Below, piece after piece: positions 14,209-23,386 of a DNA stretch of 64,000 nucleotides. Each line of letters begins with the position of its first letter. The first letter of the stretch is position 1. The DNA is from an uncultured Spirochaetota bacterium (GTDB lineage Bacteria; Spirochaetota; Spirochaetia; SZUA-6; Fen-1364). The position numbers were made by a program, and so were the translations under genes. Where the stretch lies: assembly GCA_963734545.1 (NCBI GenBank), contig CAVTHO010000009.1:128001-192000 (forward strand). Direction: 5' to 3'. Under the pieces are notes generated by a model, which saw nothing but the letters and a program-made list of their open reading frames with translations, ran no database searches and had not been told where the DNA came from.

Positions 14209-15618
14209 ATGACATACCAGGAGATACTCGAGCGCACACGGGCCCTTGCCGCGCGTCCGGTCCGCAGGCTGGACCAGGGGAAACGCGCCGCGTTCATGAG
14301 CGGGTTCACTGCCCGGACCAGCGGTTCGGCCCGGCTCTTCGAGAAGGCGGGAAAAGTGCTTCCGCGGGGAAGCGGCCACGCGTGGACGCCCCATGTCCCC
14401 TATCCATTGTACATGGACCACGGGAAGGGAAGCCGGTTATGGGACGTGGACGGAAACGAGTACGTCGACTATGTGCTGGCCGGAGGGCCCCTCATCCTGG
14501 GGCACAACCACGAGGGCCTGCGCCGGAGCATGCTCGACCTGATCTCCCGGCGGACGTACTTCCACGGATTTCACGACGAGATGGAGCTCAAGGCGGCGGA
14601 AAAAATCATCCGCCATTTCCCCGGCATAGAGAAGGTGCGATTCACCTGTTCGGGCACCGAGGCAAACGCGGCGGCGGCGAGGATCGCCCGGTCCTTCACC
14701 GGCAGGAAGAAGATCGCCAAATACCTGGCGGGCTACCACGGGTGGAGCGACCAGTTCATGACGGACATGGAGGTGCCCGGCAGCGGACGCTTCATTTCCC
14801 AGGGAGTGCCGGGTGAGATCCTCGACCTGACCGTGCTCGTGCCGCCGAATGACCTCGACGCGCTGGACAAGGCGCTTGCGCAGCACGATTCCGACGGCGG
14901 CGTGGCGGCCGTGTTCTGCGAGCCTGTCGGCGGAGAGTCGGGTCTCGTGCCCTTTGCGGAAGGCTTCCACGCGGCCGCCATGGAGATTGCCCACCGGCAT
15001 GGTGCGCTCTATGTCTTTGACGAGGTGGTGACCGGTCTCCGCATGGGTCTCGGCGGGGCGCAGGGAGTCCTCGGCGTCAAGCCGGACCTCACCACGCTGG
15101 GAAAGGCGCTCATGGGCGGGTGGCCGTCCTGCGGCGCGGTCTGCGGCAGCGCAGAGGTCATGGAAACCGCCTGCACGGGAGTGATCCCCGACGGGCGGCC
15201 GTTCGCCTACATTGCGGGGACCCTGCCGGGAAACACCCTCTCGGCGGCTGCCGCGTATTACACGATCGGGGAGCTGGAGAAGCCGGGGGTCGTGGAGCGC
15301 ATGCTCGCCGCGGCCGCCGACTACGTGGACAAGCTGAACGCGCTGTTCGCCGCCCGGCGGTGCGGCTTTTTTGCGTACAACTTCGGCGGTATCATCCGTA
15401 TCGAGATGACCTCGCCGCACGGAGTTCCCCTGACCCGGCCCGAGGCAATGCAGGAGATCATACGGCGGCGGGCGACGCTGGAGGAGTACTCATTCATTCT
15501 CCACGCCCAGGGCGTGCTCACGTGCAACGGAAGGGACATGGTGTCCTGCAGTCACTCCGCGCAGGACAATGACAAGGCCGTCGAGGCATTCTCGTCCCTG
15601 GTCGATTCGCTCGAGTAG
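14209..15618 (+). CDS. Class III PLP-dependent aminotransferase (GSA-aminomutase-like)
   Basis: 'GSRLWDVDGNEYVDY', 'SGTEAN', 'YHGWSD', 'FDEVVTGLR', 'TTLGKALMGG'. Confidence 0.9.
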   Translation: MTYQEILERTRALAARPVRRLDQGKRAAFMSGFTARTSGSARLFEKAGKVLPRGSGHAWTPHVPYPLYMDHGKGSRLWDVDGNEYVDYVLAGGPLILGHNHEGLRRSMLDLISRRTYFHGFHDEMELKAAEKIIRHFPGIEKVRFTCSGTEANAAAARIARSFTGRKKIAKYLAGYHGWSDQFMTDMEVPGSGRFISQGVPGEILDLTVLVPPNDLDALDKALAQHDSDGGVAAVFCEPVGGESGLVPFAEGFHAAAMEIAHRHGALYVFDEVVTGLRMGLGGAQGVLGVKPDLTTLGKALMGGWPSCGAVCGSAEVMETACTGVIPDGRPFAYIAGTLPGNTLSAAAAYYTIGELEKPGVVERMLAAAADYVDKLNALFAARRCGFFAYNFGGIIRIEMTSPHGVPLTRPEAMQEIIRRRATLEEYSFILHAQGVLTCNGRDMVSCSHSAQDNDKAVEAFSSLVDSLE

Positions 15619-15629
15619 GAGGCTCCCGC

Positions 15630-16466
15630 ATGGAAGGCCAGAAGGCAGCCAGGGGCACGGCGCTGGTCACCGGCGCCTCCCGCGGCATCGGAGGGGCAAT
15701 CGCGCAGGCCCTTGCGGCGGACGGATGGGAAGTGGTTGCCGTCTGCCGCGATCCCGACAGGATCCCCCGCGCACAGAGGGCGGACGCCGTGCGCTACATC
15801 GGCCTCGACCTTGCGGAGAAGCGGAGCGTCGACTCGCTGGTGAAGACCGTGAAGGCGGTGGACGTGCTCGTGAACAATATCGGCGCCAGTCCGATAGGCC
15901 CGGCGGAGGAGGTCCCGATCGATAAGGTACGGGAGCTCTTCGAGCTGAACTTCTTTGCAGCGGTCCGGCTCACGCAGGCGTATCTGCCGGCCATGCGGAA
16001 ACGCGGACGGGGCGCGGTGATCTTCATCGGCTCCATGAGAAGCGAGGCGCCCACGCCTTTCTCTTCATTCTACTCCGCCAGCAAGGCCGCGCTGCGCTCC
16101 TTCTCGGAATGTCTCCGCATGGAGGTGAGAGAGTACGGCATCTCCGTGTCATTGATCGCGCCTTTCTATATCCGCACAACCCTGCCCCAGGAGAGGCAGT
16201 TCGCCCCCGGGTCCCCGTATGCGGCGGCCGTGCGCAGGGTGAAGGAGAGCCGTGACCGCATGATCGCCGGTGCCGCGGAGCCCGCCGAGGTAGCGCGGGT
16301 GGTCCTGAGGATCCTTGCCGCGGGCAGGCCGCGCGCTTTCTATGCCGCGGGTCGGGCCGCGGGGTTGCAGGCGTTTCTGGCGCGCCACCTTCCCCGGCGG
16401 ATCGTGGAAGCGAGCATGGCGCGCAGGTTCAGGCTCAACGGCCCGAAAGAAGAGGGAAAGCCGTGA
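15630..16466 (+). CDS. Short-chain dehydrogenase/reductase
   Basis: TGASRGIG, VNNIG, YSASK catalytic motif. Confidence 0.9.
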   Translation: MEGQKAARGTALVTGASRGIGGAIAQALAADGWEVVAVCRDPDRIPRAQRADAVRYIGLDLAEKRSVDSLVKTVKAVDVLVNNIGASPIGPAEEVPIDKVRELFELNFFAAVRLTQAYLPAMRKRGRGAVIFIGSMRSEAPTPFSSFYSASKAALRSFSECLRMEVREYGISVSLIAPFYIRTTLPQERQFAPGSPYAAAVRRVKESRDRMIAGAAEPAEVARVVLRILAAGRPRAFYAAGRAAGLQAFLARHLPRRIVEASMARRFRLNGPKEEGKP

Positions 16467-17491
16467 GAAGGCAGTGCCTCTGGTTCGAGGGGGCCGGGCG
16501 TGTCTCCGTGCGGGAAGAGACGATGGACGGGCCGGGCAGCGGCGAGGTCCTCCTCGAGTCGGTCGTGAGCGCCATTTCGCCCGGTACCGAGATGCTCTTC
16601 TATGGTGGAAAGCTCGAAGAAGGGGCAGCGGTGGACGCGACGATACGGGACTATCGACGCGAGCTTTCCTATCCGCTGCGCTATGGCTATTCCAGCGTCG
16701 GAAGGATCGTGAAGGCGGGTGACGGAGTCGACCCGGCGCTCGTGGGCAGGCTCGCGTTCGCCTTCATGCCGCACGCATCGGCGGCCTGCGTCCCCGTGGA
16801 CCTGGCCGTCCCCGTGCCCGAGGGAATCGATGCCGAGGAAGCCGCATTCCTTGCGACCGCCGAAACCGCGGTCAACCTCGTGCTCGACTGCCGCCCCCTG
16901 CTGGGAGAGCGCGCGAGCGTATTCGGTCTTGGCGTGATCGGTCTTTTCACGGCCGGCCTCCTTTCCCGGTTTCCCCTTGCATGCCTTTCCGGCTGGGACC
17001 TGCACGCGCTTCGCCGGAAGGCGGCGGCAGCATGGGGTGTGAAGGCGGAAGACCCGGAGGAAAAGCCGCCCGGAGTGGGAACAGAGGACTTCGCCGTGGA
17101 GGCAAGCGGGTCATCGGACGGATTCCGTCTTGCCCTGTCTTCCTGCGGATTCAACGGACGGCTGGTAGTCGGCTCCTGGTACGGCAGGGCGGCCCGCGGG
17201 CAGGCCTTCGAAGCTTTCGATACGCTGTTCCACAGGAACCGGGTTCGGATCATTCCCAGCCAGGTGAGCACGATCGATCCGTCCCTGACAGGGCGATGGA
17301 CCCGCGCACGGAGACTGGCCTCCGCATGGGAGGCCATCCGGTCTCTCCGGCCGGGTCGCTTGATCACGCAGCGTGTGCCCTTTGCCCTGGCCGCGGATGC
17401 CTACCGGCTCATCGCCGGCTCCCGGGGCCGGACCATCCAGGTCATGCTCGTGCACGAGAGCGCAGGAATTCCGCCACTCGCGCCCGGATAG
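16463..17491 (+). CDS. Zinc-binding alcohol dehydrogenase (MDR) family oxidoreductase
   Basis: 'SAISPGTE', 'YPLRYGYSSVG', GLGVIG Rossmann motif, 'VVGSWYG', 'FHRNRVRIIPSQV'. Confidence 0.85.
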   Translation: MRRQCLWFEGAGRVSVREETMDGPGSGEVLLESVVSAISPGTEMLFYGGKLEEGAAVDATIRDYRRELSYPLRYGYSSVGRIVKAGDGVDPALVGRLAFAFMPHASAACVPVDLAVPVPEGIDAEEAAFLATAETAVNLVLDCRPLLGERASVFGLGVIGLFTAGLLSRFPLACLSGWDLHALRRKAAAAWGVKAEDPEEKPPGVGTEDFAVEASGSSDGFRLALSSCGFNGRLVVGSWYGRAARGQAFEAFDTLFHRNRVRIIPSQVSTIDPSLTGRWTRARRLASAWEAIRSLRPGRLITQRVPFALAADAYRLIAGSRGRTIQVMLVHESAGIPPLAPG

Positions 17492-18311
17492 CCGCGGCGC
17501 CTTCGTCTCCCCCGGCGGCCAGCTCCCGACCGGCAAATCCCGGCAGGATGTCCACCCGGACGCGCACCGGCCACGCGCGGGCAAAAAGGGTATGGGCCAC
17601 CGCCTGCAGCATGGCGCCGAATCTCTCCCGGTCCTCCCGCGCTTTTCGAATCAGTGTGAGCGGATTGCCCTGCGCCCGGCGGGAGAGCACCCCGCTCACC
17701 ACTATGGGAATGACGACAGCGTCCGGGACGAACCGCAGGAAAAATGTGGTGCTGGCAGACCATCCGGCAAGGGCTTCCACGGCCCCCGGAAGCACCGAGG
17801 GGTCCGGCTCGATCTCACCGGCCGGGAAGGTAAGCAGCGCGCCGCCGGTGCGCAGGTGGCTGATGGAGCTGCGCAGGGCTTCCCGCCGCCTCTCCTGCTG
17901 TTCGGGGAGGAAAAAAAGGGAGCGCGAGGCAGCGGGAAGCGCGCGCAGGAATGGGCGGTCCGCCGCGAGGATCCTGAGATCCGGCCGCGGGATGGCAGCG
18001 CAGAGGCACACGGTATCGGTCATTCCCGGATGGTTGGAGAGCAGAATCACCGGACCGGTCTCCGGAATCCGCTCCGCGCCGGTGATCACGAAGTCCCGCA
18101 CGTACGCGGAGATGATGATCGGCGCCGCCTCGCGGAGACTGGACGCCACGACTGCGTCGTCGAACTCCACCAGCCGCCGGGCCAGCACGCGCGCCGGATG
18201 CCGGAAGGCGAGCTCGAGGCTCCGGCGAAAGACGCGCAGATTGCTCAGGCCCAGGGCGGAGAGGATATCGAGCGTGTTGATGGCGATGAGGTCCCGTTCC
18301 CGCGCGTCCAT
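17442..18311 (-). CDS. PlsC/LPLAT-family acyltransferase
   Basis: 'LLSNHPGMTD' (HX4D) and 'FPAGEIE' motifs. Confidence 0.8.
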   Translation of the reverse strand: MDARERDLIAINTLDILSALGLSNLRVFRRSLELAFRHPARVLARRLVEFDDAVVASSLREAAPIIISAYVRDFVITGAERIPETGPVILLSNHPGMTDTVCLCAAIPRPDLRILAADRPFLRALPAASRSLFFLPEQQERRREALRSSISHLRTGGALLTFPAGEIEPDPSVLPGAVEALAGWSASTTFFLRFVPDAVVIPIVVSGVLSRRAQGNPLTLIRKAREDRERFGAMLQAVAHTLFARAWPVRVRVDILPGFAGRELAAGGDEGAAAIRARVAEFLRSRARA

Positions 18312-18356
18312 GCTTTCGCCGGCACGGTAGCACAGACCGCGCGCGGCTGCAATTCA

Positions 18357-18404
18357 CACGAATGTCACGGAGGACCGCGGTCACCGTATTCGGTGACATT
18401 CGTG
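18357..18404. promoter_or_regulatory. Nested inverted repeats between the divergent acyltransferase and COG0720 operon promoters
   Basis: CACGAATGTCAC (18357-68) / GTGACATTCGTG (18393-404) perfect 12-bp IR; inner GACCGCGGTC and GTCACCG-tatt-CGGTGAC. Confidence 0.55.
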
Positions 18405-18445
18405 ACCGGCTTGCGCGCGAGCCGGCACATGCGTACATTGCACGC

Positions 18446-18829
18446 ATGTTTCGCCTGTGCTTCCAGCGCGCTTTCACGGCCCGGCACTTTCTCACGGGCG
18501 GCAACTGGGGTGCCGAGAATGCGCCCCACCCGCACCGCTACCGAATCGAGTGGGAGCTGCGCGCGCAGGAGCTGGACGCGCACGGCTACCTCGTCGACCT
18601 GGTTGAAGTCGAGCGCAGCCTCGGGGACGTGCTCGGCAGGTACCGCGGCGCCCTGCTGAACGACCTGCCGGAGTTCGCGGGGCTCAACCCATCGCTGGAA
18701 CGTTTTGCGAAGCTGCTGTGGGACCGGCTCTCCGCCTCGCTCCGTCCCGGTGTGAGCTGCGCCGTGCGCTTGTGGGAAAACGAATCCGCCTGGGCGGGCT
18801 ACGACGGGACCATGCCCGGTCCGGGCTGA
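18446..18829 (+). CDS. 6-pyruvoyl-tetrahydropterin synthase / COG0720 (QueD-like) T-fold protein
   Basis: ATG 18446; 'FTARHFL', 'PHPHRYRIE', 'LNDLPEF..NPSLERFA', 'LWENE'; lacks the QueD C-x3-HGH motif. Confidence 0.85.
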   Translation: MFRLCFQRAFTARHFLTGGNWGAENAPHPHRYRIEWELRAQELDAHGYLVDLVEVERSLGDVLGRYRGALLNDLPEFAGLNPSLERFAKLLWDRLSASLRPGVSCAVRLWENESAWAGYDGTMPGPG

Positions 18830-18839
18830 GCCGCGTTCA

Positions 18840-19940
18840 ATGCGCGTCGGGCTCGTGATCTATGGGGAACTCTCGACAGCCTCGGGTGGTTTCCTCTATG
18901 ACCGGATGCTGGTGGACGCGCTCCGTCGCGGGGGAGATACCGTCGACGTGATTTCCCTGCCGTGGAGGAGCTACGGCAGGTGCCTCCTTCAGAATCTGGA
19001 CAGGGGGCTTCGCGCGGCCCTCCTCGCATGGACCGGAGACCTGCTGCTGCAGGACGAGCTGAACCACCCCTCCCTCATTCTTTTCAACAGGGCGCTTACT
19101 CGCCCTCGTGCGGCGCCGGTGATCTCGATCGTGCATCACCTGAGATCCTCCGAGCAGAACCCCGCCTTTGCGCGCGGCGTGTACCGCCGTGTCGAGCGCG
19201 CGTACCTGCTGTCCGTCGATGGATTCATCTTCAACAGCCACGCCACCCGCGGAAGCGTCGAGCGGCTGATCGGTCGTCCTGTCCAGGGGATCGTCGCCAC
19301 TCCCGGCGGAGACAGGCTGGGTCCCCTGCCGACAGAGGAGGAGGTGCTGCGCCGGTGCAGCGAGAAAGGGCCTCTCCGGGTGCTCTTCGTGGGAAACATC
19401 ATCCCGCGCAAAGGGCTCATCAGCGTCGTCGACGCATTGGGGCAGGTCCCTTCTCACCTCTGGAGGCTGACCGTCGCCGGCTCGCCCGAAATGAATCCCC
19501 GCTACGCGGCGGAGGTCGGCCGCGCCGTTGCCGCGCGCGGCCTGCGAAACAATGTGTGCATGGCCGGCCGGCTCGATGACGCCCGGCTCGCTGAAGCCTA
19601 CAGGACGCATCACGTCCTCGCGGTGCCCAGCCTGTACGAGGGATTCGGCATCGTCTACCTCGAGGCAATGGGTTTCGGCGTTGTTCCCATAGGCTCCCGG
19701 ACCGGCGGCGCAGCCGAGGTGATCGAACACGGCAGATCCGGCTGCCTTGTGCCTCCGGATGATTCGCGCGCGCTTGCGGACGCCATTGCCGGCCTGGCCA
19801 TTGACCGTGCCTTTCTGCGTGACCTGGCCCTGGAGGCCCGCCGGCGTTTCCGCACGTTTCCCGGATGGGAGTCAGGCATGACCGCGCTGCGGGAGGACCT
19901 CCACGACATGGCCAGGCGCAAGGGAGACCGGCATGGATGA
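18840..19940 (+). CDS. Glycosyltransferase family 4 (GT-B)
   Basis: 'SGGFLYDR', 'VGNIIPRKG', 'PSLYEGFGIVYLEAM' (EX7E). Confidence 0.92.
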   Translation: MRVGLVIYGELSTASGGFLYDRMLVDALRRGGDTVDVISLPWRSYGRCLLQNLDRGLRAALLAWTGDLLLQDELNHPSLILFNRALTRPRAAPVISIVHHLRSSEQNPAFARGVYRRVERAYLLSVDGFIFNSHATRGSVERLIGRPVQGIVATPGGDRLGPLPTEEEVLRRCSEKGPLRVLFVGNIIPRKGLISVVDALGQVPSHLWRLTVAGSPEMNPRYAAEVGRAVAARGLRNNVCMAGRLDDARLAEAYRTHHVLAVPSLYEGFGIVYLEAMGFGVVPIGSRTGGAAEVIEHGRSGCLVPPDDSRALADAIAGLAIDRAFLRDLALEARRRFRTFPGWESGMTALREDLHDMARRKGDRHG

Positions 19941-20832
19941 CGAAACCTTCATCCGCTACCTGGCCTCGAAAAGGTCCGTGGACGACCGGGCGTTGAACCG
20001 GGGCGTCTGGGATGCAATGATCGCGGCTGCCCGGGACCTGTCCGCACGCCCGCCGATTTTTCGACATGCCCCGGGGGGCGGTGCCCAGGTGGACGGTCCC
20101 CGGGTGCTCGAGCTCGGCGGCGGCATCGGCACAATGGTGGATCGGGTTACGGAGGAAGGCCGGCTTCTGCCCGCATCGTGGACCATGATCGACTCGCAGC
20201 CCGCGCTGATTGCCAGGGCGCGCCAGAGGCTTGCACACACGGCTCCCTTTCCCCTCGAGCTGCTTGCCACCGAACTCGATGCCTATCTCGCAACGCCATT
20301 TCGGCCGTTTGACCTGGTGATCGCCAACGCTTTCCTCGACCTGCTGGATCCTCCCCGCGCGCTCCCCGGAATTGCCGGACTATGCAGGCCGGGGGGGCTC
20401 GTCCTCTTCTCGATCACGTTCGACGGGCTCACGGTGCTCGAACCGGAGATCGATCGCGACCTGGACGCCACAATCGTAGCGCTCTACCACCGCACCATGG
20501 ACGAGCGCACTGCGGGCGGGGAGAGATCAGGGGACAGCCGGTGCGGAAGGCATCTTCTCACCCTGCTGCCCCGGTGCGGCTACCGGATCGTCGCGGCTGG
20601 CTCGTCGGACTGGATCGTTCATCCGCGCAACGGGGAGTATCCCGCGGACGAGCGCTTCTTCCTGAGCTGCATCCTAGGATTCTTCGAGGAATCCCTTTCC
20701 GCAAGAGCCGAGCTCGATCGGACAACCCTTGACCGGTGGCTGCGCGCGCGGCGTGCGCAGCTTGCAGAAGGCGAGCTCGTGTTCCTGGCGCACCAGCTGG
20801 ACGTGCTCGCATCCGTGGAAGCTCGTTCGTGA
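19933..20832 (+). CDS. Class I SAM-dependent methyltransferase
   Basis: 'VLELGGGIG' motif I, 'FDLVIANAFLDL', 'RPGG'; overlaps GT4 stop. Confidence 0.8.
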   Translation: MDDETFIRYLASKRSVDDRALNRGVWDAMIAAARDLSARPPIFRHAPGGGAQVDGPRVLELGGGIGTMVDRVTEEGRLLPASWTMIDSQPALIARARQRLAHTAPFPLELLATELDAYLATPFRPFDLVIANAFLDLLDPPRALPGIAGLCRPGGLVLFSITFDGLTVLEPEIDRDLDATIVALYHRTMDERTAGGERSGDSRCGRHLLTLLPRCGYRIVAAGSSDWIVHPRNGEYPADERFFLSCILGFFEESLSARAELDRTTLDRWLRARRAQLAEGELVFLAHQLDVLASVEARS

Positions 20833-22157
20833 CGGATACCGGCGCTCCGGTCGTGATGCTGGCAAGCGGGACCCAGGGCGATGTGCAGCCGTTTCTCGCT
20901 CTCGCGCTGGGCCTGCGCAGGGCCGGCATTCCTTCGGTGATCGCCGCTGCTCCCCGGTATCGATCCCTCGTCGAAACGAGGAACATCGGATTCTCCGCGC
21001 TGGAAGGCAACCCGAGCGATCTCATGGCAGGTTCCGGATCCATGGCCGCGACCCTGAGCAGCGGAGCGGCGCAGGGAATCGCATCCACCGCCCGGTTTCT
21101 GCGCGCGGCCCAGTCAGAGTACCGGCGCATGCTCGAATCGGCGGCTGCGGCCTGCAGACCGGCGCGCGCAATCCTTGCAGGCCTGCCCTCCACCTGGGGT
21201 TTTTCCATAGCGGAAGCCCTCGGGGTCCCCTGCATCCTCTGCATGCTGCAGCCCTTTGGCCGAACGCGCGCCCTTCCCTCGGCGCTCCTGCCCGCGCGCA
21301 GGTCCCTCGGACACTGGTACAACCTGTTGAGCTACCGCGTCATCGAGCAGGCTATGTGGCTGCCCTGGCGGCGCGTCACGAATGCCTGGCGTCGGCAGAC
21401 GCTGGGGCTGCCGGCACTCCCGATGGCAGGACCCTGGCAGCGGATGTACGCTTCCGGGTTCTCCTGCCTCTATGGATTCAGCCCCGCGATACTTCAGGCC
21501 CCGGTCGACTGGCCTCCCGCCCACGTCATCACGGGCTTCTGGTTCCTCGAAGAAGAGCCCGTTTGGACGCCCCGTCCCGCCCTGGAGCGGTTCCTTTCCC
21601 TCCACGATCCGGCGTTGTACATCGGGTTCGGGAGCATGGGAACGAATCACGCCCGCAGAGTGCTTCGAGTTGTCGAGGCCGCCCTCGAGCTGAGCGGGCT
21701 GCGCGCCGTGGTTTCTCCCGGCAGTCATTCCCTCGGCCTGAGGTCGGAAGATCCGCGCCGAATCTTCTTCGAGGAAGAGGTCCCTCACGCCTGGCTCTTC
21801 CCGCGGACCGCGGCCGTCATGCACCACGGCGGCGCGGGCACGACCGCCGAGGGCCTGCGCGCCGGAGTTCCCTCACTCATCTACCCCGGGGCCGCGGACC
21901 AGTACTTCTGGGCCGAGCGGATCGCGAGGCTCGGCGCGGGCCCGCGCCCGGTGGGCCGAGCCGACCTGACGCCTGCCGGCCTGGCGCGACTTTTCACGCG
22001 CGTGGCGACGGATCGGGCGATGAGGGAACGGGCCCGGCTCATCGGGGAGAGAATTCGAGCGGAGAACGGCGTGGAGAGGGCGGTTGAAGAGCTGCTGCCG
22101 CTGCTCGGCGGCAGCAGTCTACGCGGGCCCCGTCCCGCCTCGCCTGCTCGAGAGTGA
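20829..22157 (+). CDS. Glycosyltransferase family 1 (GT28/sterol 3-beta-glucosyltransferase-like)
   Basis: GTG start overlapping upstream stop; 'GTQGDVQPFLALALGL', 'YIGFGSM', 'PHAWLFPR..HHGGAGTT', 'DQYFW'. Confidence 0.88.
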   Translation: MTDTGAPVVMLASGTQGDVQPFLALALGLRRAGIPSVIAAAPRYRSLVETRNIGFSALEGNPSDLMAGSGSMAATLSSGAAQGIASTARFLRAAQSEYRRMLESAAAACRPARAILAGLPSTWGFSIAEALGVPCILCMLQPFGRTRALPSALLPARRSLGHWYNLLSYRVIEQAMWLPWRRVTNAWRRQTLGLPALPMAGPWQRMYASGFSCLYGFSPAILQAPVDWPPAHVITGFWFLEEEPVWTPRPALERFLSLHDPALYIGFGSMGTNHARRVLRVVEAALELSGLRAVVSPGSHSLGLRSEDPRRIFFEEEVPHAWLFPRTAAVMHHGGAGTTAEGLRAGVPSLIYPGAADQYFWAERIARLGAGPRPVGRADLTPAGLARLFTRVATDRAMRERARLIGERIRAENGVERAVEELLPLLGGSSLRGPRPASPARE

Positions 22158-23300
22158 CACTATCGCGAAGCCGGCCGCGGCAAATCCGGCGCCCATCCAG
22201 TAGGGAGCCGGCGGGCCGAATGCCTGGTGGGCAGCGCCTGCGAGCCCGGGCCCTGCTATCAGGCACGCGCTCAGAACCGACTGCACGCCTCCCATGACCC
22301 GGCCCACCCCTGCTTCCGGAGCGCTGTGCGCCACAAGACTCATGAGGGATGGAATCCCGAGGCCTGTCCCTATGGCAACCACGCCGAGGAGCGGAAAGAG
22401 CATCCAGCCTGCCGGCGCGATGGCGGCAAATGGAAACATCACCACGGCCGCCGCCGCTCCGATCGATGCAAGCCTCGCTTCTCCCACCCGCGGCGCGACG
22501 CGTCCCACGAGGAATCCCTGGGTGAGCACCGCGCAGGCTCCTATGAACGTGAAGAACAACCCGTTGGCGGAAGGCGTCCAGCCGAACCGTGCCTGGCTGA
22601 AAAGAGGAAATGTCAGGGGCAGGCCGGAGAAGGAGAGGTTCAGCGCGGCAAGCGTGAGAAGAAACGGCCTGAGAGTGGGGCGGCGAAAGACATCTATGAG
22701 GGCGCTGACCGGATTTATACGGAGATTCTGCCGGTCAGCCGTCAATCGATCTGGACGGTGGAAATCCCTGATGGCGAAAAACCCGAAGAGGGCATTCCCC
22801 AGCGCGATGCCGCTCGCGGCGAACGCGGGAATCCGCAGACCGCGGGCCCCGAGAAATCCCCCGAGCAACGGGCCCGCAGCCACTCCCAGTCCGACGGCAG
22901 CACCCGCCAGACCCAGCCAGCGCGTGCGGTCGGAAGGTCCTGCGCCGTCGGTGATGTAGGCCTGGGCGGTCGCGAAGCTCCCTCCCACGAGGCCGCCGAA
23001 GGCCACTGCGGCGAACAGCACGGCAAGGGACCCGGCAAGGCCGATACCCAGGTAAGCGACGAAGCTGCCGAGCAGGCAGGCCACCAGGACCGGCCTCCTG
23101 CCGTGCCGATCCGCGAATGATCCGATCACGGGGGCCCCGATGACCTGCATGACGGCATACGCGGAGCCGAGGGCCCCGGCAAGCAACGCGCCGCCGGCAT
23201 GGCGCTGGACGTACAGCGGCAGAAGCGGTGCGACCATTCCGAACCCGGCCATATCGAGGAAGATCGTGACGAGGATGAACGCCAGGCGCGGTTTCGGCAT
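22119..23300 (-). CDS. MFS efflux transporter (TCR/Tet-like)
   Basis: 'IFLDMAGFGMVAPLLP', motif A 'GSFADRHGRRPVL', about 12 TMs. Confidence 0.88.
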   Translation of the reverse strand: MPKPRLAFILVTIFLDMAGFGMVAPLLPLYVQRHAGGALLAGALGSAYAVMQVIGAPVIGSFADRHGRRPVLVACLLGSFVAYLGIGLAGSLAVLFAAVAFGGLVGGSFATAQAYITDGAGPSDRTRWLGLAGAAVGLGVAAGPLLGGFLGARGLRIPAFAASGIALGNALFGFFAIRDFHRPDRLTADRQNLRINPVSALIDVFRRPTLRPFLLTLAALNLSFSGLPLTFPLFSQARFGWTPSANGLFFTFIGACAVLTQGFLVGRVAPRVGEARLASIGAAAAVVMFPFAAIAPAGWMLFPLLGVVAIGTGLGIPSLMSLVAHSAPEAGVGRVMGGVQSVLSACLIAGPGLAGAAHQAFGPPAPYWMGAGFAAAGFAIVSLSSRRGGTGPA

Positions 23301-23386
23301 GAACGCCGGCGGATTTCCGAAGCTCTGCATCCCCCCCATGCGTACATCGTCTTGCACCATTCTGCAACCCCCGGCACAATCAGGGT

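Noticed and set aside
14209-15618. Assignment as hemL
   Set aside because: The family motifs fit, but the sequence is divergent and there are no tetrapyrrole genes in context; the symbol is withheld.
18446-18829. Assignment as queD (queuosine or 7-deazaguanine DNA modification)
   Set aside because: The catalytic Cys motif is absent and there are no queC/queE/tgt/dpd genes nearby.
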